From assembly GCA_904063045.1 (NCBI GenBank), contig CAJFCJ010000003.1, positions 992,001 to 1,056,000 of the forward strand: a DNA stretch of 64,000 nt, written 5' to 3'. The notes beneath the pieces were generated by a model. The model was not told where the DNA came from. It saw only the letters and a program-made list of their open reading frames with translations, and ran no database searches. Positions 63,761 through 64,000 of this stretch are shown here, piece after piece (positions within the stretch are counted from its first letter, which is position 1; every line of letters starts with the position of its first letter). The DNA comes from Dimorphilus gyrociliatus. Its lineage: Eukaryota > Animalia > Annelida. The position numbers and the translations under genes are program-made.

Positions 63761-64000
63761 GTTACACTAATTTTTATCCAATATGTTCTTTTTTAAAAAG
63801 ACTGTTACCGCTCTTGGTGAGACTGGGCCGTTTCCATGTGTGTATATTCTCTGCGTCATATCTGTTTTCGAAACTAGTTTTAAAAAAAAAAGATCCAATG
63901 TATATTCTTGTTGTAGTGTTATGAAAATTCTAGAAAATTTTTTTTCTTAAAAAAAATGGGTATGTTGGTAGCGTTGGCCAAAGCTGATAAAAGAGATAAT

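Overview
AT-rich animal genomic DNA with GT-AG introns, many of them minimal (56-84 nt). This fits a compact invertebrate genome, possibly an annelid or other lophotrochozoan (inference only). Left to right: (1) a 3-exon heparan sulfate 6-O-sulfotransferase; (2) a ~23 kb cluster (13.5-36.3 kb) of five intact genes plus one pseudogene encoding a secreted architecture I do not recognise as a named family: signal peptide, 2x CBM14/peritrophin-A chitin-binding, TSP1, 3x globular C1q. Two chymotrypsin-type S1 protease genes and a decayed Tc1 transposase lie inside this cluster; (3) an uncharacterised multi-exon minus-strand gene largely missed by the ORF track; (4) a proline-rich WH2 actin regulator with espin/forked-like C-terminal PxW repeats, alternative first exons and an alternative acidic last exon; (5) a Na+/K+-ATPase beta subunit. 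The most striking system is the centre of the C1q cluster. Copies B and D form ~2.49 kb, ~99% identical inverted arms around a silent C1q-only cassette and copy C. Copy C is a mosaic, near-identical to B/D at both ends but highly divergent in the middle C1q domains. B and D differ mainly in one 138-bp patch of the first C1q domain. This looks like a constant-anchor/variable-head recognition locus shaped by gene conversion. All exon models and alignments were made by eye and need RNA-seq, HMM and long-read confirmation.
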